A DNA stretch of 64,000 nucleotides from Candidatus Marinacidobacterium sp. (GCA_965204755.1 OZ242011.1:3168001-3232000); one strand, 5' to 3'; shown: positions 9,343-20,154, counted from the stretch's first letter. The notes: a model not told the origin generated them from the sequence alone. A program made the numbers and translations.

Positions 9343-10377
9343 ATGAACTCGAGAACCGGAAGCCGCCACGGCTCGCCGACAGCTGCGCCGGGCATCGCCA
9401 TCGCCGCCGTGCTGGCCCTCGCCGCCTGCGCCCCGCCCGCGGACGCCCCGTTCCCCAGCGGGCCCATCGAGATCGTCTCCTGGGCGACGCCCGGAGGCCC
9501 CAGCGACCTGCTCGCCCGCGCGCTCGCGGCGGCGGCCCCGGAGCACTTCGACGGGCAACGCGTCACTGTGGTCACGCGGCAGGGGGGGGCGGGGGCGGCG
9601 GGGATGCAGTACCTCCGGGGACAGGCCGGAGACCCGCATCGGCTCGGCGTCTTCACGGCCAGCGGCACGGTGAACATGGCGACCGGGCGGATTCCGTTCA
9701 CCACCGGGGACTTCAGCCCGATCCTCCGGGTCCAGGTGGATCCCTTCCTGATCGCCGTCCGCGAGGACAGCCCGTTCCGCGCGCTCCCGGACCTCTTCAA
9801 CGCGGCGGCCACGGCGGCCGGCGGCGCCGCGAACGCCGACCCGGATACGGGCGCCGTGTCCATTTCCGGGTTCGGGGCGGCTTCGGCGCACTTCCTCGGC
9901 TTCCAGCGGCTGCTCGCGGCGGCCGGGTCGCCGGACATCCGCTGGATCGCCTACGAGGGGTCCGGTGACGCGGTCGTGGCGGCGCTCGGCGGCCACACCG
10001 ACGCGGTCCACACGAACTACAACATCGTCCGCGAGCACTTGCGGGCGGGGACGATGCGCGTCCTGGCGGTGGCCCTCCCGCTGGAGGCGCTTCCCGACGC
10101 GCCCGCTTACGCCGACCTCGGCTTCGACCTCGCCCCGGTGCACTGGCGCGGCGTCGTCGGCCCTCCGGGGTTGACGCCTGAACAGCGCGGCGACCTTCGC
10201 CGCCGCCTGACCGCGACCATCGAGACGCCGGAGTTCCGGGAATACATGGAGCGCGCCGCGATGGAATACGCCACGATGGACAGTCCCGACGCCTTCGCCG
10301 CCTGGATGGCGGAGGAAGTCCGGACCAGCCGGGAGTTGCTCCGGCGCCTGGGCCTGCTCGACCGGGCGGATCCGTGA
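9343..10377 (+). CDS. tctC: Tripartite tricarboxylate transporter substrate-binding lipoprotein TctC
   Basis: Lipobox LAAC; FPSGPIEIVSWATPGGPSDLLAR, GGAGAAG, YEGSGDAVVAALGGHTD, WRGVVGPPGL. Confidence 0.88.
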   Translation: MNSRTGSRHGSPTAAPGIAIAAVLALAACAPPADAPFPSGPIEIVSWATPGGPSDLLARALAAAAPEHFDGQRVTVVTRQGGAGAAGMQYLRGQAGDPHRLGVFTASGTVNMATGRIPFTTGDFSPILRVQVDPFLIAVREDSPFRALPDLFNAAATAAGGAANADPDTGAVSISGFGAASAHFLGFQRLLAAAGSPDIRWIAYEGSGDAVVAALGGHTDAVHTNYNIVREHLRAGTMRVLAVALPLEALPDAPAYADLGFDLAPVHWRGVVGPPGLTPEQRGDLRRRLTATIETPEFREYMERAAMEYATMDSPDAFAAWMAEEVRTSRELLRRLGLLDRADP

Positions 10378-10883
10378 GCGGGGCGCGCCTCCGGGCGAGT
10401 CACCTCGTCGAGGCCGGCGCTCTCGCGCTCCTCGGCGCGGTCGTCCTGCTCGACGCCCGCGCCTACCCGCCGCCGCTGACCGAGGGGGCGCCCGGCCCGG
10501 CCTTCTTCCCCCGGCTGGCGGCGGCGCTGCTCATCGCCTGCGCGCTCTGGCTCGCCGTCCGCTCCGCCCGCGGCGGCGCCCGCTCCCCGGCGTCGGCCGC
10601 GGCGGCCGTCCCCGCCGGCGACGCGGGCCGACCCGGCGCCGGCGGCGGCCTCCCCGTCCGGCGCCGCGACTGGCGCCGGGTCGGGGCGGCGGCCGGGACG
10701 ATCGCCGCCTTCCTCCTCGTCCTGCCGCACCTCGGGACCCTCGCCGCGCTGCCGCTGCTGCTGTTCGGCCTGATGCGGCTCGCCGGGGAACGCGCCCGCG
10801 CCGTCCTCATCGCGGCGCCGCTGGTCTTCGCCGGTTTCGTCGTCCTCCTGTTCGAGGCCGTCCTCGGCGTTCCCCTGCCGTGA
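10374..10883 (+). CDS. tctB: TctB family membrane protein
   Basis: GPAFFP motif, about four hydrophobic segments, C-terminal LGVPLP; lies between tctC and tctA. Confidence 0.85.
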   Translation: MSGARLRASHLVEAGALALLGAVVLLDARAYPPPLTEGAPGPAFFPRLAAALLIACALWLAVRSARGGARSPASAAAAVPAGDAGRPGAGGGLPVRRRDWRRVGAAAGTIAAFLLVLPHLGTLAALPLLLFGLMRLAGERARAVLIAAPLVFAGFVVLLFEAVLGVPLP

Positions 10884-10953
10884 CCACCTTCGTGACCGCA
10901 GCCGCGGCCGGGCGACGCCTCCCGGCGCCCCGCTCGACCCGGCGCTCCACCCC

Positions 10954-12441
10954 GTGACCCACCTCCTCGAAGGGCTGGCGACGGCGTTCTCCCCGCTGAA
11001 CCTCGCGGTCATCCTCGCCGGGAGCGTGCTCGGCGTCTTCGCCGGCGCCGCGCCCGGACTGAGTTCCACCGTCGGGCTCGCGCTGGTCCTCCCGCTGACC
11101 TTCGCGCTCGACCCGGCGCCGGCGCTGCTCATGATGATCTCGATCTACATGGCGGCGGAGTACGGGGGCTCCATCACCGCGATCGCCATCGGCGTCCCCG
11201 GCAGTTCCCCGGCGCTCGCCACCACCTTCGACGGTTACGCGCTCACCCGCCGGGGCGAGGCGGGCCGGGCGTTCGGCATCTCGCTGTTCGCGTCCATGAG
11301 CGGCGGCATCCTGGGAACGCTGCTCCTCATGGCGCTGCTCGGGCCGCTCTCGCGGGCGGCGCTCGCCTTCGGCCCGGCGGAGTACTTCGGGCTCGGCGTC
11401 TTCGGCCTGGCGGTGGTCGCCAACCTGGTGGGGCGCGACCCGCTGCGCGGCGTCGTCAGCGCGCTGCTCGGCCTCCTGTTCTTCGTGGTCGGTCTCGATG
11501 TCCTCACCGGCGCTCCCCGGCTCACCTTCGGCGCCGGGGCGCTCCTCGACGGTTTCGGCCTCGTGCCCATGCTCATCGGGTTCTTCGCCATCGGCGAAGC
11601 GCTCGGCGCCCTCGCCGGCGGCCGCGCGGACTCCTCGGGGAAAGCGCGGCTGGACGGCGCGCTGCCCCGCTTCCGGGAACTGCTTGGTCTGTGGCCGTCC
11701 GTCCTGCGCGGTTCGGCGATCGGGGGCTTCATCGGCGTCGTCCCCGGCGCCGGGGCGACCATCGCCTCCCTCGTCGCCTGGAACGAGGAACGCCGGGTCT
11801 CGAAGACGCCGGAGCGGTTCGGGCAGGGGGCGCCGGCCGGCATCGCGGCGCCGGAGGCGGCGAACAACGCCTGCGTCGGGGCTGCGATGATCCCGTTGCT
11901 GGCGCTCGGGGTTCCGGGTTCGGCGTCGGCGGCGGTGCTGCTCGGCGGACTCACCGTGCAGGGCGTGACTCCGGGGCCGCTGCTGCTCGCCGAACGCGCT
12001 TCGCTCGTCTATGCGCTCTACGCCGGGTTCCTGGCGGCGGTGGCCTTCATGTTGGTCGTCGGGCGGCTGGGCATTCCGCTCTGGGTGCGCGTGGTGCGGC
12101 TGCGCCCTTCGATCCTCATGCCGCTGGTCGTCGGCATCTCGCTGACCGGCGCGTTCGCGCTTCGCGGCAACCTCGCCGACGCCTGGTTCGCGCTGTTCTT
12201 CGGCGTCGTCGGCTTTGTTATGCTGCGGCGCGGTTATCCGCTTGCGCCGGCCGTGCTCGGCCTGATCCTCGGGCCGATGGTGGAGACGAACTACCGCCGG
12301 GCGCTCACGCTCTCTTCCGGTTCCCATACGGTGTTCGTCGAGAGCCCGATCGCTCTCGCCTTGATCGCGTTCGCGGTCCTGAGTTTCGCCGCGCCGGCGC
12401 TGCGCGGCCGTTTCCCGTTCCGCAGAAAGGCGACCGAATGA
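10954..12441 (+). CDS. tctA: TctA family permease
   Basis: GAAPGLSST, YGGSITAI, PGAGATIAS, APEAANNA, LGVPGS, LGLILGPMVETNYRRAL. Confidence 0.93.
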   Translation: MTHLLEGLATAFSPLNLAVILAGSVLGVFAGAAPGLSSTVGLALVLPLTFALDPAPALLMMISIYMAAEYGGSITAIAIGVPGSSPALATTFDGYALTRRGEAGRAFGISLFASMSGGILGTLLLMALLGPLSRAALAFGPAEYFGLGVFGLAVVANLVGRDPLRGVVSALLGLLFFVVGLDVLTGAPRLTFGAGALLDGFGLVPMLIGFFAIGEALGALAGGRADSSGKARLDGALPRFRELLGLWPSVLRGSAIGGFIGVVPGAGATIASLVAWNEERRVSKTPERFGQGAPAGIAAPEAANNACVGAAMIPLLALGVPGSASAAVLLGGLTVQGVTPGPLLLAERASLVYALYAGFLAAVAFMLVVGRLGIPLWVRVVRLRPSILMPLVVGISLTGAFALRGNLADAWFALFFGVVGFVMLRRGYPLAPAVLGLILGPMVETNYRRALTLSSGSHTVFVESPIALALIAFAVLSFAAPALRGRFPFRRKATE

Positions 12442-13838
12442 GCGCGACCGACGCCGTTACCCGTTTCCTCCTCGAAACCTCGCTCGAGGACTTGCCCGAG
12501 CCGCTGCTCGTCGAAGGCCGGCGCTGTGTTACCGACGGCGTCGGCGTGATGCTCGCCGGGACCACCGAGACCTGTTCCCGCCTGGTTCGCGACCTGCTCG
12601 CCGAGCAGGGAGGGGCGCCGGAAGCGAGCGTTTTCGGGAGCGAGCCGCCGCTGAGGGCGCCGGCGTCGCTCGCGGCGCGGGCGAACGGCACGGCCGGGCA
12701 CGCGATGGACTTCGACGACACGCAACTCTCGAACGCTCCGGACCGCATCTTCGGGTTGCTCACCCACCCCACCGTCGCGCCGCTCGCGGCCGGCCTCGCG
12801 GTGGGGGAGCGGGTCGGGGCGAGCGGCGCCGCGCTGCTCGAAGCCTTCCTCCTCGGTTTCGAGGTGGAGTGCAAGATCGCCGAGGCGATCCACCCGCGCC
12901 ACTACCGGGAAGGGTTCCACTCGACCGCCACCGCGGGAACGCTGGGCGCCGCCGCGACCGCGGCGAAACTGGCCGGCTTGGATCGGGACGGGATCGAGAT
13001 GGCGCTCGGCATCGCCGCGAGCCTCGCTTCCGGCATCCGGCTGGGTTTCGGGACGATGACCAAGCCGCTCCACGCCGGCCGGGCCGCGGAGAACGGCGCG
13101 CTGGCGGTGGACCTGGCGGCGCGCGGTTTCACTTCCGGGCGCAGCGGGCTCGAAGCGCGGTGGGGGTACTTCCGGGTCTTCGGCGGCGGTTTCGACGCGG
13201 AGCGCATGAATCTCGGCGATCCTTACACCCTGCTCGATCCGGGGGTTTCCGTGAAGATGTTTCCTTCCGGGAGCCTCGGGCATCCGAGCATCGCCGCCAT
13301 GCTCGACCTGGTGGAGGAACGGGATATCGCTCCGCGGCAGGTGGAGCGCATCGTCTTCCGCGCCGGCAAGAACATCCTGAATCCGCTCCGCTACCTGGAG
13401 CCGAAGAACGCGCTGGAGGCGAAGTTCTCCATACCCTTCGTCCTCGCCAGCGCGGTGCTGCGGCGGCGCGTCGGGATCCGCGAGTTCTCGGACGACTTCG
13501 TTCGTTCGCCGGAGGTGGTGGAGATGATGGGCCGCGTCTCGGTGGAGTTCGACGCGGAGATAGACGCCCGCGGCTACGACCGGATGCGGAGCGCCATCGA
13601 GGTGCGCCTCACCGACGGCGCGGTGGTTGCCGCCGAAGCGGACACCTATCCCGGCGGCCCCGAACGCCCGCTCACGCGGGACGAACTCCGCGCCAAGTTC
13701 CTCGACTGCGCCCGGCTGGTCCTCCCGGCCGAACGCGCCGAAGAGGCGCTGGCGCTGGTGGAGCGGGTGGACGACGCGCCCCGCGTCTCCGACCTGGCGA
13801 ACGCCCTGTCGGGCGCGGCGGCCGAGGTGGCTGCGTGA
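12438..13838 (+). CDS. MmgE/PrpD family protein
   Basis: ATGA-coupled to tctA; NGTAGHAMDFDD, HP, GFHST, GTMTKPLHAG, EAKFSIPF. Confidence 0.9.
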   Translation: MSATDAVTRFLLETSLEDLPEPLLVEGRRCVTDGVGVMLAGTTETCSRLVRDLLAEQGGAPEASVFGSEPPLRAPASLAARANGTAGHAMDFDDTQLSNAPDRIFGLLTHPTVAPLAAGLAVGERVGASGAALLEAFLLGFEVECKIAEAIHPRHYREGFHSTATAGTLGAAATAAKLAGLDRDGIEMALGIAASLASGIRLGFGTMTKPLHAGRAAENGALAVDLAARGFTSGRSGLEARWGYFRVFGGGFDAERMNLGDPYTLLDPGVSVKMFPSGSLGHPSIAAMLDLVEERDIAPRQVERIVFRAGKNILNPLRYLEPKNALEAKFSIPFVLASAVLRRRVGIREFSDDFVRSPEVVEMMGRVSVEFDAEIDARGYDRMRSAIEVRLTDGAVVAAEADTYPGGPERPLTRDELRAKFLDCARLVLPAERAEEALALVERVDDAPRVSDLANALSGAAAEVAA

Positions 13839-15793
13839 GGTCCGTTCCTCCCGTCCGTCGGTTCTTTCCGGCCTTCCTGCTGCTCGGCGCCGCCTTCGCC
13901 GGCTGCGGGGAGGGACCGCCTCCTCCCGCCCCCGAACCGCTCTACGAGGCGGCGCAGGTTGAAACGAACTTCCTGTTGGAGATGCGCGACGGCGTCCGCC
14001 TCGCCACCGATGTGTATCGTCCGGCCCTCGAAGGCGTCCCCGTCGAAGAGCCCTTCCCGGCGCTCCTCCACCGCACGCCCTACGACAAGCGGTCGGAGCG
14101 CCTGGTCGAGCAGGCGCGGTTCTTCGCGTCGCGCGGCTATGTGGTCGTCCTGCAGGATCTCCGCGGCCTCTACTTCTCGGAAGGCGTCTTCCAGAAGTAC
14201 CACGAGTTCGACGCCCCGGACGGCTACGACACCATCGAGTGGATCGCCGGACTCGACTACACCCTCCCGGCGGTGGGAATGTGGGGCACTTCCTACGGCG
14301 CGCATACCCAGGCGGACGCGGCGAAGACCGCCCCGCCGGCGCTCGCCGCGCTGGTCCTCACCATGGGCGGTCTCTCCGACGCGTGGACGCACAAGGTCCG
14401 GAACCACGGCGCCTTCGAACTCGGCCAGCAACTCGGCTGGGCGCACAGCCAACTCGCCGCGGTAACCGATGAACCGAGCCTCCGCGAACGGTTGGAGCAG
14501 TCGTCCCCGTCCGATTGGTTCGACGACACGCCGTTCGCCAAGGGCGAAAACCCCCTCTCCGCGGCGCCGAACTTCGAGGACTACTACCTGGAGATGCAGA
14601 ACCGCGGGGACTACGACGACTACTTCCGCGGGATCGGCCGCAACTGGCGGGAGTACTACGAGGACACGCCGGACATCCCGATGCTCCATGTGGGCGGCTG
14701 GTACGACTCCTACGCGCCGGGCACCATCGAGAGTTTCGTCGAGTTGTCGCGCGCCCGGTCGTCGGAAGTGCGGCTGGTCATGGGCCCCTGGACGCACGCG
14801 GCCACCACCCGCTCCTACGCCGGGGATGTGGAGTTCGGCGCGGCGGCCGCTATTCCCGACTTCGCCCGCGAGTTCCACCTCCGCTGGTTCGACCGCCATC
14901 TCAAGGGGAGGGAGGACGCCGGCCCGCCGGCGGACTTCGCCGGTCTCGAAGGGGAAGCGGAGGCGCCGGCGGCGCTCTTCGTCATGGGGGGCGGAGACGG
15001 ACGCCGGGACGGGGACGGCCGCCTCTTCCACGGGGGCGAGTGGAGGTCGGCTTCCTCCTGGCCGCCCGCGGGAACCGCGCCGACCCGCTTCCACCTCCGC
15101 GCCGGCGGAAGGCTCAGCGAAGAGCCGCCCGGCGAGGACGAGGGTTCGACCGCGTACGCCTACGACCCGGAGCACCCGGTCCCGACGATCGGCGGCGCGT
15201 TCTCCGGAGCGCTGAAGCGCGGCGCCTACGACCAGCGCGAGCGGCTGTTCGTCTCCCTCCGCGGCGGCTCGGAGAACGGGTTTTTCGCCTCGGAGGTCGA
15301 GGGGCGCCGCACCGCGGACCGCCCCGATGTGCTCGTCTTCGAAACGGAACCGCTGGAAGAAGACCTGGTCGTAGTCGGCCCGGTGAGCGCCGTGCTCCAG
15401 GTCTCTTCGGACGCCCCGGACACCGACTTCACCGCGAAGTTGGTGGATGTGTATCCGCCGAGCGCGGACTACCCGGACGGTTTCGACCTGAACATCACCG
15501 ACGGGATCCTCCGCGCCCGCTACCGCGACTCCCGGCAGGCCGCGCCGCCGATGGAACCCGGAGAGACCTACGAGATCGAAATCCGACTCTTTCCCACCGC
15601 GAACCGCTTCGCCGCCGGCCACCGGATCCGCCTCGAAATCTCCAGTTCCAACTACCCGCGTTTCGACCGCAACCCGAACACCGGCGAACCCCTGGGCCGC
15701 CACACCCGAATGGTCCCCGCCGAAAATGTCATCCACCACTCGGCGACGCATCCCTCCGCCCTGATCCTCCCCCTCCAAGCCCCGCCCGACTGA
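13835..15793 (+). CDS. CocE/NonD family hydrolase, probable lipoprotein
   Basis: GTGA-coupled; lipobox FAGC; MRDGVRLATDVYRP, RTPYDK, GTSYGA nucleophile elbow, GGWYD, GPWTH, SSSNYPRFDRNPNTG. Confidence 0.92.
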   Translation: MRSVPPVRRFFPAFLLLGAAFAGCGEGPPPPAPEPLYEAAQVETNFLLEMRDGVRLATDVYRPALEGVPVEEPFPALLHRTPYDKRSERLVEQARFFASRGYVVVLQDLRGLYFSEGVFQKYHEFDAPDGYDTIEWIAGLDYTLPAVGMWGTSYGAHTQADAAKTAPPALAALVLTMGGLSDAWTHKVRNHGAFELGQQLGWAHSQLAAVTDEPSLRERLEQSSPSDWFDDTPFAKGENPLSAAPNFEDYYLEMQNRGDYDDYFRGIGRNWREYYEDTPDIPMLHVGGWYDSYAPGTIESFVELSRARSSEVRLVMGPWTHAATTRSYAGDVEFGAAAAIPDFAREFHLRWFDRHLKGREDAGPPADFAGLEGEAEAPAALFVMGGGDGRRDGDGRLFHGGEWRSASSWPPAGTAPTRFHLRAGGRLSEEPPGEDEGSTAYAYDPEHPVPTIGGAFSGALKRGAYDQRERLFVSLRGGSENGFFASEVEGRRTADRPDVLVFETEPLEEDLVVVGPVSAVLQVSSDAPDTDFTAKLVDVYPPSADYPDGFDLNITDGILRARYRDSRQAAPPMEPGETYEIEIRLFPTANRFAAGHRIRLEISSSNYPRFDRNPNTGEPLGRHTRMVPAENVIHHSATHPSALILPLQAPPD

Positions 15794-15884
15794 TTGCGCC
15801 GGAAGCCGTCGGCGCTTGCCGCGGCGCGTGGGCGCGCCCTGCGTTTCGGCCCTCGACCTCGCGGGTTCGCGCGAGAATGCGCCG

Positions 15885-17123
15885 ATGTCGTTGGAACGGA
15901 GCGGGGCTCTTCGCCAAATCGCTTGGCGGTGGCACGTACACCCGGCGATCGCGGTTCGCGGCCCGCGGGGGTGCGGGAAGACCACGCTTGCCGAGCAGGT
16001 CGCGGCCGCCGAACCGGAGGCGGTCTTCTTCGACTTGGAGCGCGAGGCCGATCGCGTTCGACTGCGGGATCCGGAGGAGGCCATCGCGCCGTTGAGCGGT
16101 CTCGTCGTGATCGACGAGATCCAACGCATGCCGAGGCTGTTCAACGCCCTTCGCGTCCTGATCGACCGTCCGGGCGCGGCGACTCGATACCTGCTCCCCG
16201 GCAGCGTCTCGCCGAGGATCGTTCGGGGCGTGTCGCAGTCCCTGATCGGCCGTCTCGGCATCATGGATACGGCCGGATTCGATCTCGGAGAGGCGGCCGA
16301 GCGGCCCGGCGGCTGGCGGCGGCTCCGGGAGAGGGGCGGGATGCCGAACAGTTACCTCGCGCCTACGACTCGAGAATCCTTCTCGTGGCGCCGCGAGTAC
16401 ATCGAGAACTTCATGGAGGCTGATGTGGACGACCTCGGCCCGGGTATGACGGCCGCCGAACTCCGGCGCTGCTGGACGCTTCTGGCCGAGAACCATGGAC
16501 GGCTCTGGGACGCGGCTGCATTCGCCCGGGAACTCGGGATCGGTCGAGAGCAGGCCGGCCGCTGCCTGGACCTGCTCGACGGAGCGTTCGTCGTGCGGGT
16601 CTTGCCCGCATGGTTCCTCACCGTGAGGAAGAGGCAGGTGCGCTCGCCGAAGGTCTATGTGCGGGACACGGGGATGCTGCACGCGATGCTCGGTCTTTCG
16701 ACCGTCGAAGAAATCGCCGACAGCCCGAAGGCCGGAGCGTCCTTCGAGGGGTTCGTGATCGAGCAGATACTCGACCGCGTCGGCGAATGGCACGCATTCT
16801 TCTGGCGTACGCACGGTGGCGCGGGAGTCGGTCTCGTACTGAACTGGAGCGGCAGGCGGTACGGCTTCGATGTGAAGTACAAGGAGTCCCCGAAGACGAC
16901 GAAGTCCATGCGTATCGCCCTCGATGCTCTCGATCTCGAGCGTCTGTTCGTCGTCTATCCCGGCGCCGACCGCTACGACTTGGACGCCCGGATCGAAGCG
17001 CTTCCCGTGAAAGACATCGCCACCGTCCTGGAACGCCCGCCTTGGGAATCACTCGAAGAAACGGCCGCCGCGCGGCCGCCCTACGGCTGGCAGACCCGGG
17101 GCGCGCCGCCGCCGACGCCCTGA
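15885..17123 (+). CDS. AAA_14 ATP-binding protein with DUF4143 C-terminus
   Basis: GPRGCGKTT, IDEIQ, SQSLIGR, RGGMP, KRQVRSPKVYVRDTG, GASFEGFVIEQ, FDVKY; start approximate. Confidence 0.85.
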   Translation: MSLERSGALRQIAWRWHVHPAIAVRGPRGCGKTTLAEQVAAAEPEAVFFDLEREADRVRLRDPEEAIAPLSGLVVIDEIQRMPRLFNALRVLIDRPGAATRYLLPGSVSPRIVRGVSQSLIGRLGIMDTAGFDLGEAAERPGGWRRLRERGGMPNSYLAPTTRESFSWRREYIENFMEADVDDLGPGMTAAELRRCWTLLAENHGRLWDAAAFARELGIGREQAGRCLDLLDGAFVVRVLPAWFLTVRKRQVRSPKVYVRDTGMLHAMLGLSTVEEIADSPKAGASFEGFVIEQILDRVGEWHAFFWRTHGGAGVGLVLNWSGRRYGFDVKYKESPKTTKSMRIALDALDLERLFVVYPGADRYDLDARIEALPVKDIATVLERPPWESLEETAAARPPYGWQTRGAPPPTP

Positions 17124-17186
17124 CCGGTCGCGAGCCATCGCGACCCCCCGCCCGAGGAGCGGGACGATTGCCCGGAGAGGCCCCTC

Positions 17187-17377
17187 AGATACGGCGTGGA
17201 GGTGAAGTACACCGATGCCCCTCGCGTCACGCGCTCCATGCGGACGGCCCTCGCCGACCTCGACCTGGAGCGCCTCTACCTCGTGTATCCCGGCGAGGAG
17301 CGGACGACTTCGACGAACGCATCGAGGTCCTGCCGGTTACCGACATCCCGGCGCTCTGGCCGCCCTACGGCGGCTGA
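17187..17377 (+). pseudogene. Frameshifted C-terminal remnant of a DUF4143 ATPase paralog
   Basis: RYGVEVKYTDAPRVTRSMRTALADLDLERLYLVYPGEER, then after a 1-nt loss DFDERIEVLPVTDI..PPYGG; colinear with the C-terminus of the upstream gene. Confidence 0.8.
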
Positions 17378-17459
17378 GCCGAGTCCGTCGTCCGTCGCAG
17401 AGAGCCGATCGCTCGACCCCCGGCGCGGGATAGATTCCCGCTCCCGAGGGAGGTTCCCG

Positions 17460-18410
17460 ATGCGAACGAACTGCAGAAACGAACGAGACCGGCGCCGCGA
17501 CCCGCTCGTCCGCCGCGCGAAGTCCGGCCGAACCGCGTTGCGGCTGGCCCCGCTGCTCCTGTTCGGCTTCGCCGCCGGCGCGGCGGGGCAGGGGTACTTC
17601 ACCGTGGACGCCGGCGGTACGGCCGCCCGCGACCTGCTCATCGCGGTTTCCGGCGTGAACCATCCGACTCGCTGCGACACGCTGCTCTACGCGAACCCGG
17701 CGGACGCGCCCCGGGACGAGGCGTGCACGGCTTCCACGCCCCAGGAGTTGTTTCGGAGTCTGTTCCGTCCGGGCGCCGGTTTCGCCCTCGGCGGCGCGGT
17801 CGGTTACCGAGTGGGCGCCCTCCGGCTCGAACTTTCGGTGATGAGCGCCGGGGCCGGGGACGACGAGCGGCTGATCGCCACCGCTTCCGGCAACGACTCG
17901 GCCCTCATCTCGAAGGACAGCGAGTGGGATCCCGACGACCCTCCCTCCGAGACCTTCTCGGAAGTGCGCGTCCGCCGCGGGTTCGCCAACGCGATCCTCG
18001 ACCTGTCCAACCCTTCGCCGCTCACGCCCTACCTGGGCGCCGGGGTCGGCCTCGGCAGGGTCGAGGCGCGCTACGCCGCCCGCTGGCTGCGCCGCGCGGA
18101 TCTCGGCCCGGCGGAGTGGCAACGGAACGCCGCCGGGACCACCAGCCTGCTCGACACCCGCCTCCGGGAACTCCGGGTGGGCTTCCAGACGTTCGCCGGC
18201 ATCGCGTTCTCGCTGGGCGGCGCCGCCGCGCTCGACCTGCGCGCCCACTGGTCGCGCTTCACCGGGTTCACCGCGGCGGAGCAACTCTGGCGGCAGATCC
18301 GGGATCACGAGCCGGTGCAGGCGGACGGCGCCACCCCGTTCACCACGGATGTCGCCGTCGGTGACCTCGACCGCCTCGGCTTGACCTTGGGGATGCGCTA
18401 CTCGTTCTGA
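17460..18410 (+). CDS. Outer-membrane beta-barrel protein (opacity/OmpW-like)
   Basis: SD GGAGG, signal-like segment, [13 protein letters not shown]-terminal LGMRYSF barrel signature. Confidence 0.7.
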   Translation: MRTNCRNERDRRRDPLVRRAKSGRTALRLAPLLLFGFAAGAAGQGYFTVDAGGTAARDLLIAVSGVNHPTRCDTLLYANPADAPRDEACTASTPQELFRSLFRPGAGFALGGAVGYRVGALRLELSVMSAGAGDDERLIATASGNDSALISKDSEWDPDDPPSETFSEVRVRRGFANAILDLSNPSPLTPYLGAGVGLGRVEARYAARWLRRADLGPAEWQRNAAGTTSLLDTRLRELRVGFQTFAGIAFSLGGAAALDLRAHWSRFTGFTAAEQLWRQIRDHEPVQADGATPFTTDVAVGDLDRLGLTLGMRYSF

Positions 18411-18540
18411 CCGGCCCGGGGCCGCCGAACCGGGAGGACTACGGGCGGCCCCCGACGCGCTGCCCGCGCGCTCCCGCCGCGCTCCCGGCGCGCCTCCCGA
18501 GGCGGCGCGCGCCGCTCGTGCGAAACTCTTGGGCGCCGCC

Positions 18541-19917
18541 GTGCCCGAGACCGACTCCGCCCCCGACCCGTCCGCCGGGGCGCCGCCGGACTGGAAGTCC
18601 CGCCGTCCCCCCACGCTCTCGGCGCTTCGCCGCGCCGTCTCCGGCGAGTCCGCCCCGGAGGACGGCGCCGCCGCCACCGTGCGCGGCTGGCTCGCCGGCC
18701 GCCGCTCCTCCGGCAAACTCCTCTTCCTCCGTTTCCGGGACGGCTCCGGCGCGGCGCAGGTGGTCGTCGCCAAGGCCGCGGTCCCCGAGGACGACTTCGC
18801 CGCCGCGAAGCAGGCGCCTCTCGAGAGCGCCGTCGAAATCGAGGGCCGGGCCTTCGCCGAACCGCGCGCTCCCGGCGGGATGGAACTCCGCGCCGACCGC
18901 TTCCGCGTGCTCTACGCCGCGGAACCCTCCTACCCGATCACGCCGAAGGAGCACGGGGCGTCGTTCCTGCTCGACAACCGCCATCTCTGGCTGCGTTCGG
19001 GGAAGCAGCACGCGCTCCTCCGCGTCCGCGACGAAGTCCTGTTCGCCTTCCGCGAATACCTCCGCGAGCAGGGGTTCGTGAACGCCGACACGCCGATCTT
19101 CACGCCGAACGCCTGCGAGGGCACCACCACGCTCTTCGAAACCCGGTACTTCGACCAGCGCGCCTACCTGAGTCAGAGCGGCCAGTTGTACAACGAGGCG
19201 GTGGCGATGTCGGTGGGGCGCACCTACTGCCTCGGCCCCACTTTCCGCGCCGAGAAGTCCAAGACGCGGCGGCACCTCATCGAGTTCTGGATGCTCGAGC
19301 CGGAAGTGATGTTCGCCGACCTGGACGAGATCGTGGCCCTGGCGGAAGGACTCATCTGCCACGCGGTGGCGCGGGTCCTCGAAAACCGCCGTCCCGAACT
19401 GGACACGCTCGAACGGGACGCCGCGGCCCTCGAGACCGTCCGCCCGCCCTTCCCGCGGATGACCTACGACGAGGCCGCGGACCTCCTGGCGGGGAAGACC
19501 GACTTCACCCGCGGCGACGACTTCGGCGCCCCGGACGAGACCGCGCTGACCGAGGGGCGGGACCGGCCGCTGGTGGTGACCCGCTTCCCGACCGCGATCA
19601 AGGCGTTCTACATGCAGCCGGCGCCGGAGCGCCCCGACCGGGTGCTCGGCATGGACATCCTCGCTCCCGAGGGCTACGGCGAGATCGTGGGCGGCGGCCA
19701 GCGGATCCACGAACCGGAACTCCTGCGGGAGCGGATCCGCGAGCACGACCTCCCCGAGGAGGCGTTCGCCTGGTACGCCGACCTCCGGCGGTACGGGTGC
19801 CCGCCGCACTCCGGGTTCGGCCTGGGGATCGAACGCTTCGTCTCCTGGGTGGCCGGGATCTCCCACCTCCGGGAAGCGATCCCGTTCCCCCGGACCCTCT
19901 ACCGCCTCGCTCCGTGA
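18541..19917 (+). CDS. asnS: Asparagine--tRNA ligase
   Basis: [15 protein letters not shown] fold, [55 protein letters not shown]; start uncertain. Confidence 0.95.
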   Translation: MPETDSAPDPSAGAPPDWKSRRPPTLSALRRAVSGESAPEDGAAATVRGWLAGRRSSGKLLFLRFRDGSGAAQVVVAKAAVPEDDFAAAKQAPLESAVEIEGRAFAEPRAPGGMELRADRFRVLYAAEPSYPITPKEHGASFLLDNRHLWLRSGKQHALLRVRDEVLFAFREYLREQGFVNADTPIFTPNACEGTTTLFETRYFDQRAYLSQSGQLYNEAVAMSVGRTYCLGPTFRAEKSKTRRHLIEFWMLEPEVMFADLDEIVALAEGLICHAVARVLENRRPELDTLERDAAALETVRPPFPRMTYDEAADLLAGKTDFTRGDDFGAPDETALTEGRDRPLVVTRFPTAIKAFYMQPAPERPDRVLGMDILAPEGYGEIVGGGQRIHEPELLRERIREHDLPEEAFAWYADLRRYGCPPHSGFGLGIERFVSWVAGISHLREAIPFPRTLYRLAP

Positions 19918-19944
19918 GGAACGGCCCGGCCGGGAGTTCGTCCG

Positions 19945-20154
19945 ATGCGCCTGCTCCGCCTGCTGACCTTGGTCGGGTCACTCGACCGGCTCCGCCGCCT
20001 GGGGCCGCTGGCGTTCGGCAAGAGCCTGCTCGGGCCGATGAGCCTGCTGGGTCTGCTGGCCTCGTCCCCGGCGGCGCGCCGGCTGCCGGGGCGGGCGGTC
20101 CGGCGGCTGCTGGCGGTGCGGGAGGCGCTGCGCAACCGGCGGCCCCCCTCCTGA
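19945..20154 (+). CDS. Candidate 69-aa Leu/Arg-rich small protein (alternative to an N-terminal extension of rimO)
   Basis: GGGAG upstream of ATG; codons almost all G/C-ending in this frame, whereas the rimO frame here is T-ending-rich. Confidence 0.3.
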   Translation: MRLLRLLTLVGSLDRLRRLGPLAFGKSLLGPMSLLGLLASSPAARRLPGRAVRRLLAVREALRNRRPPS

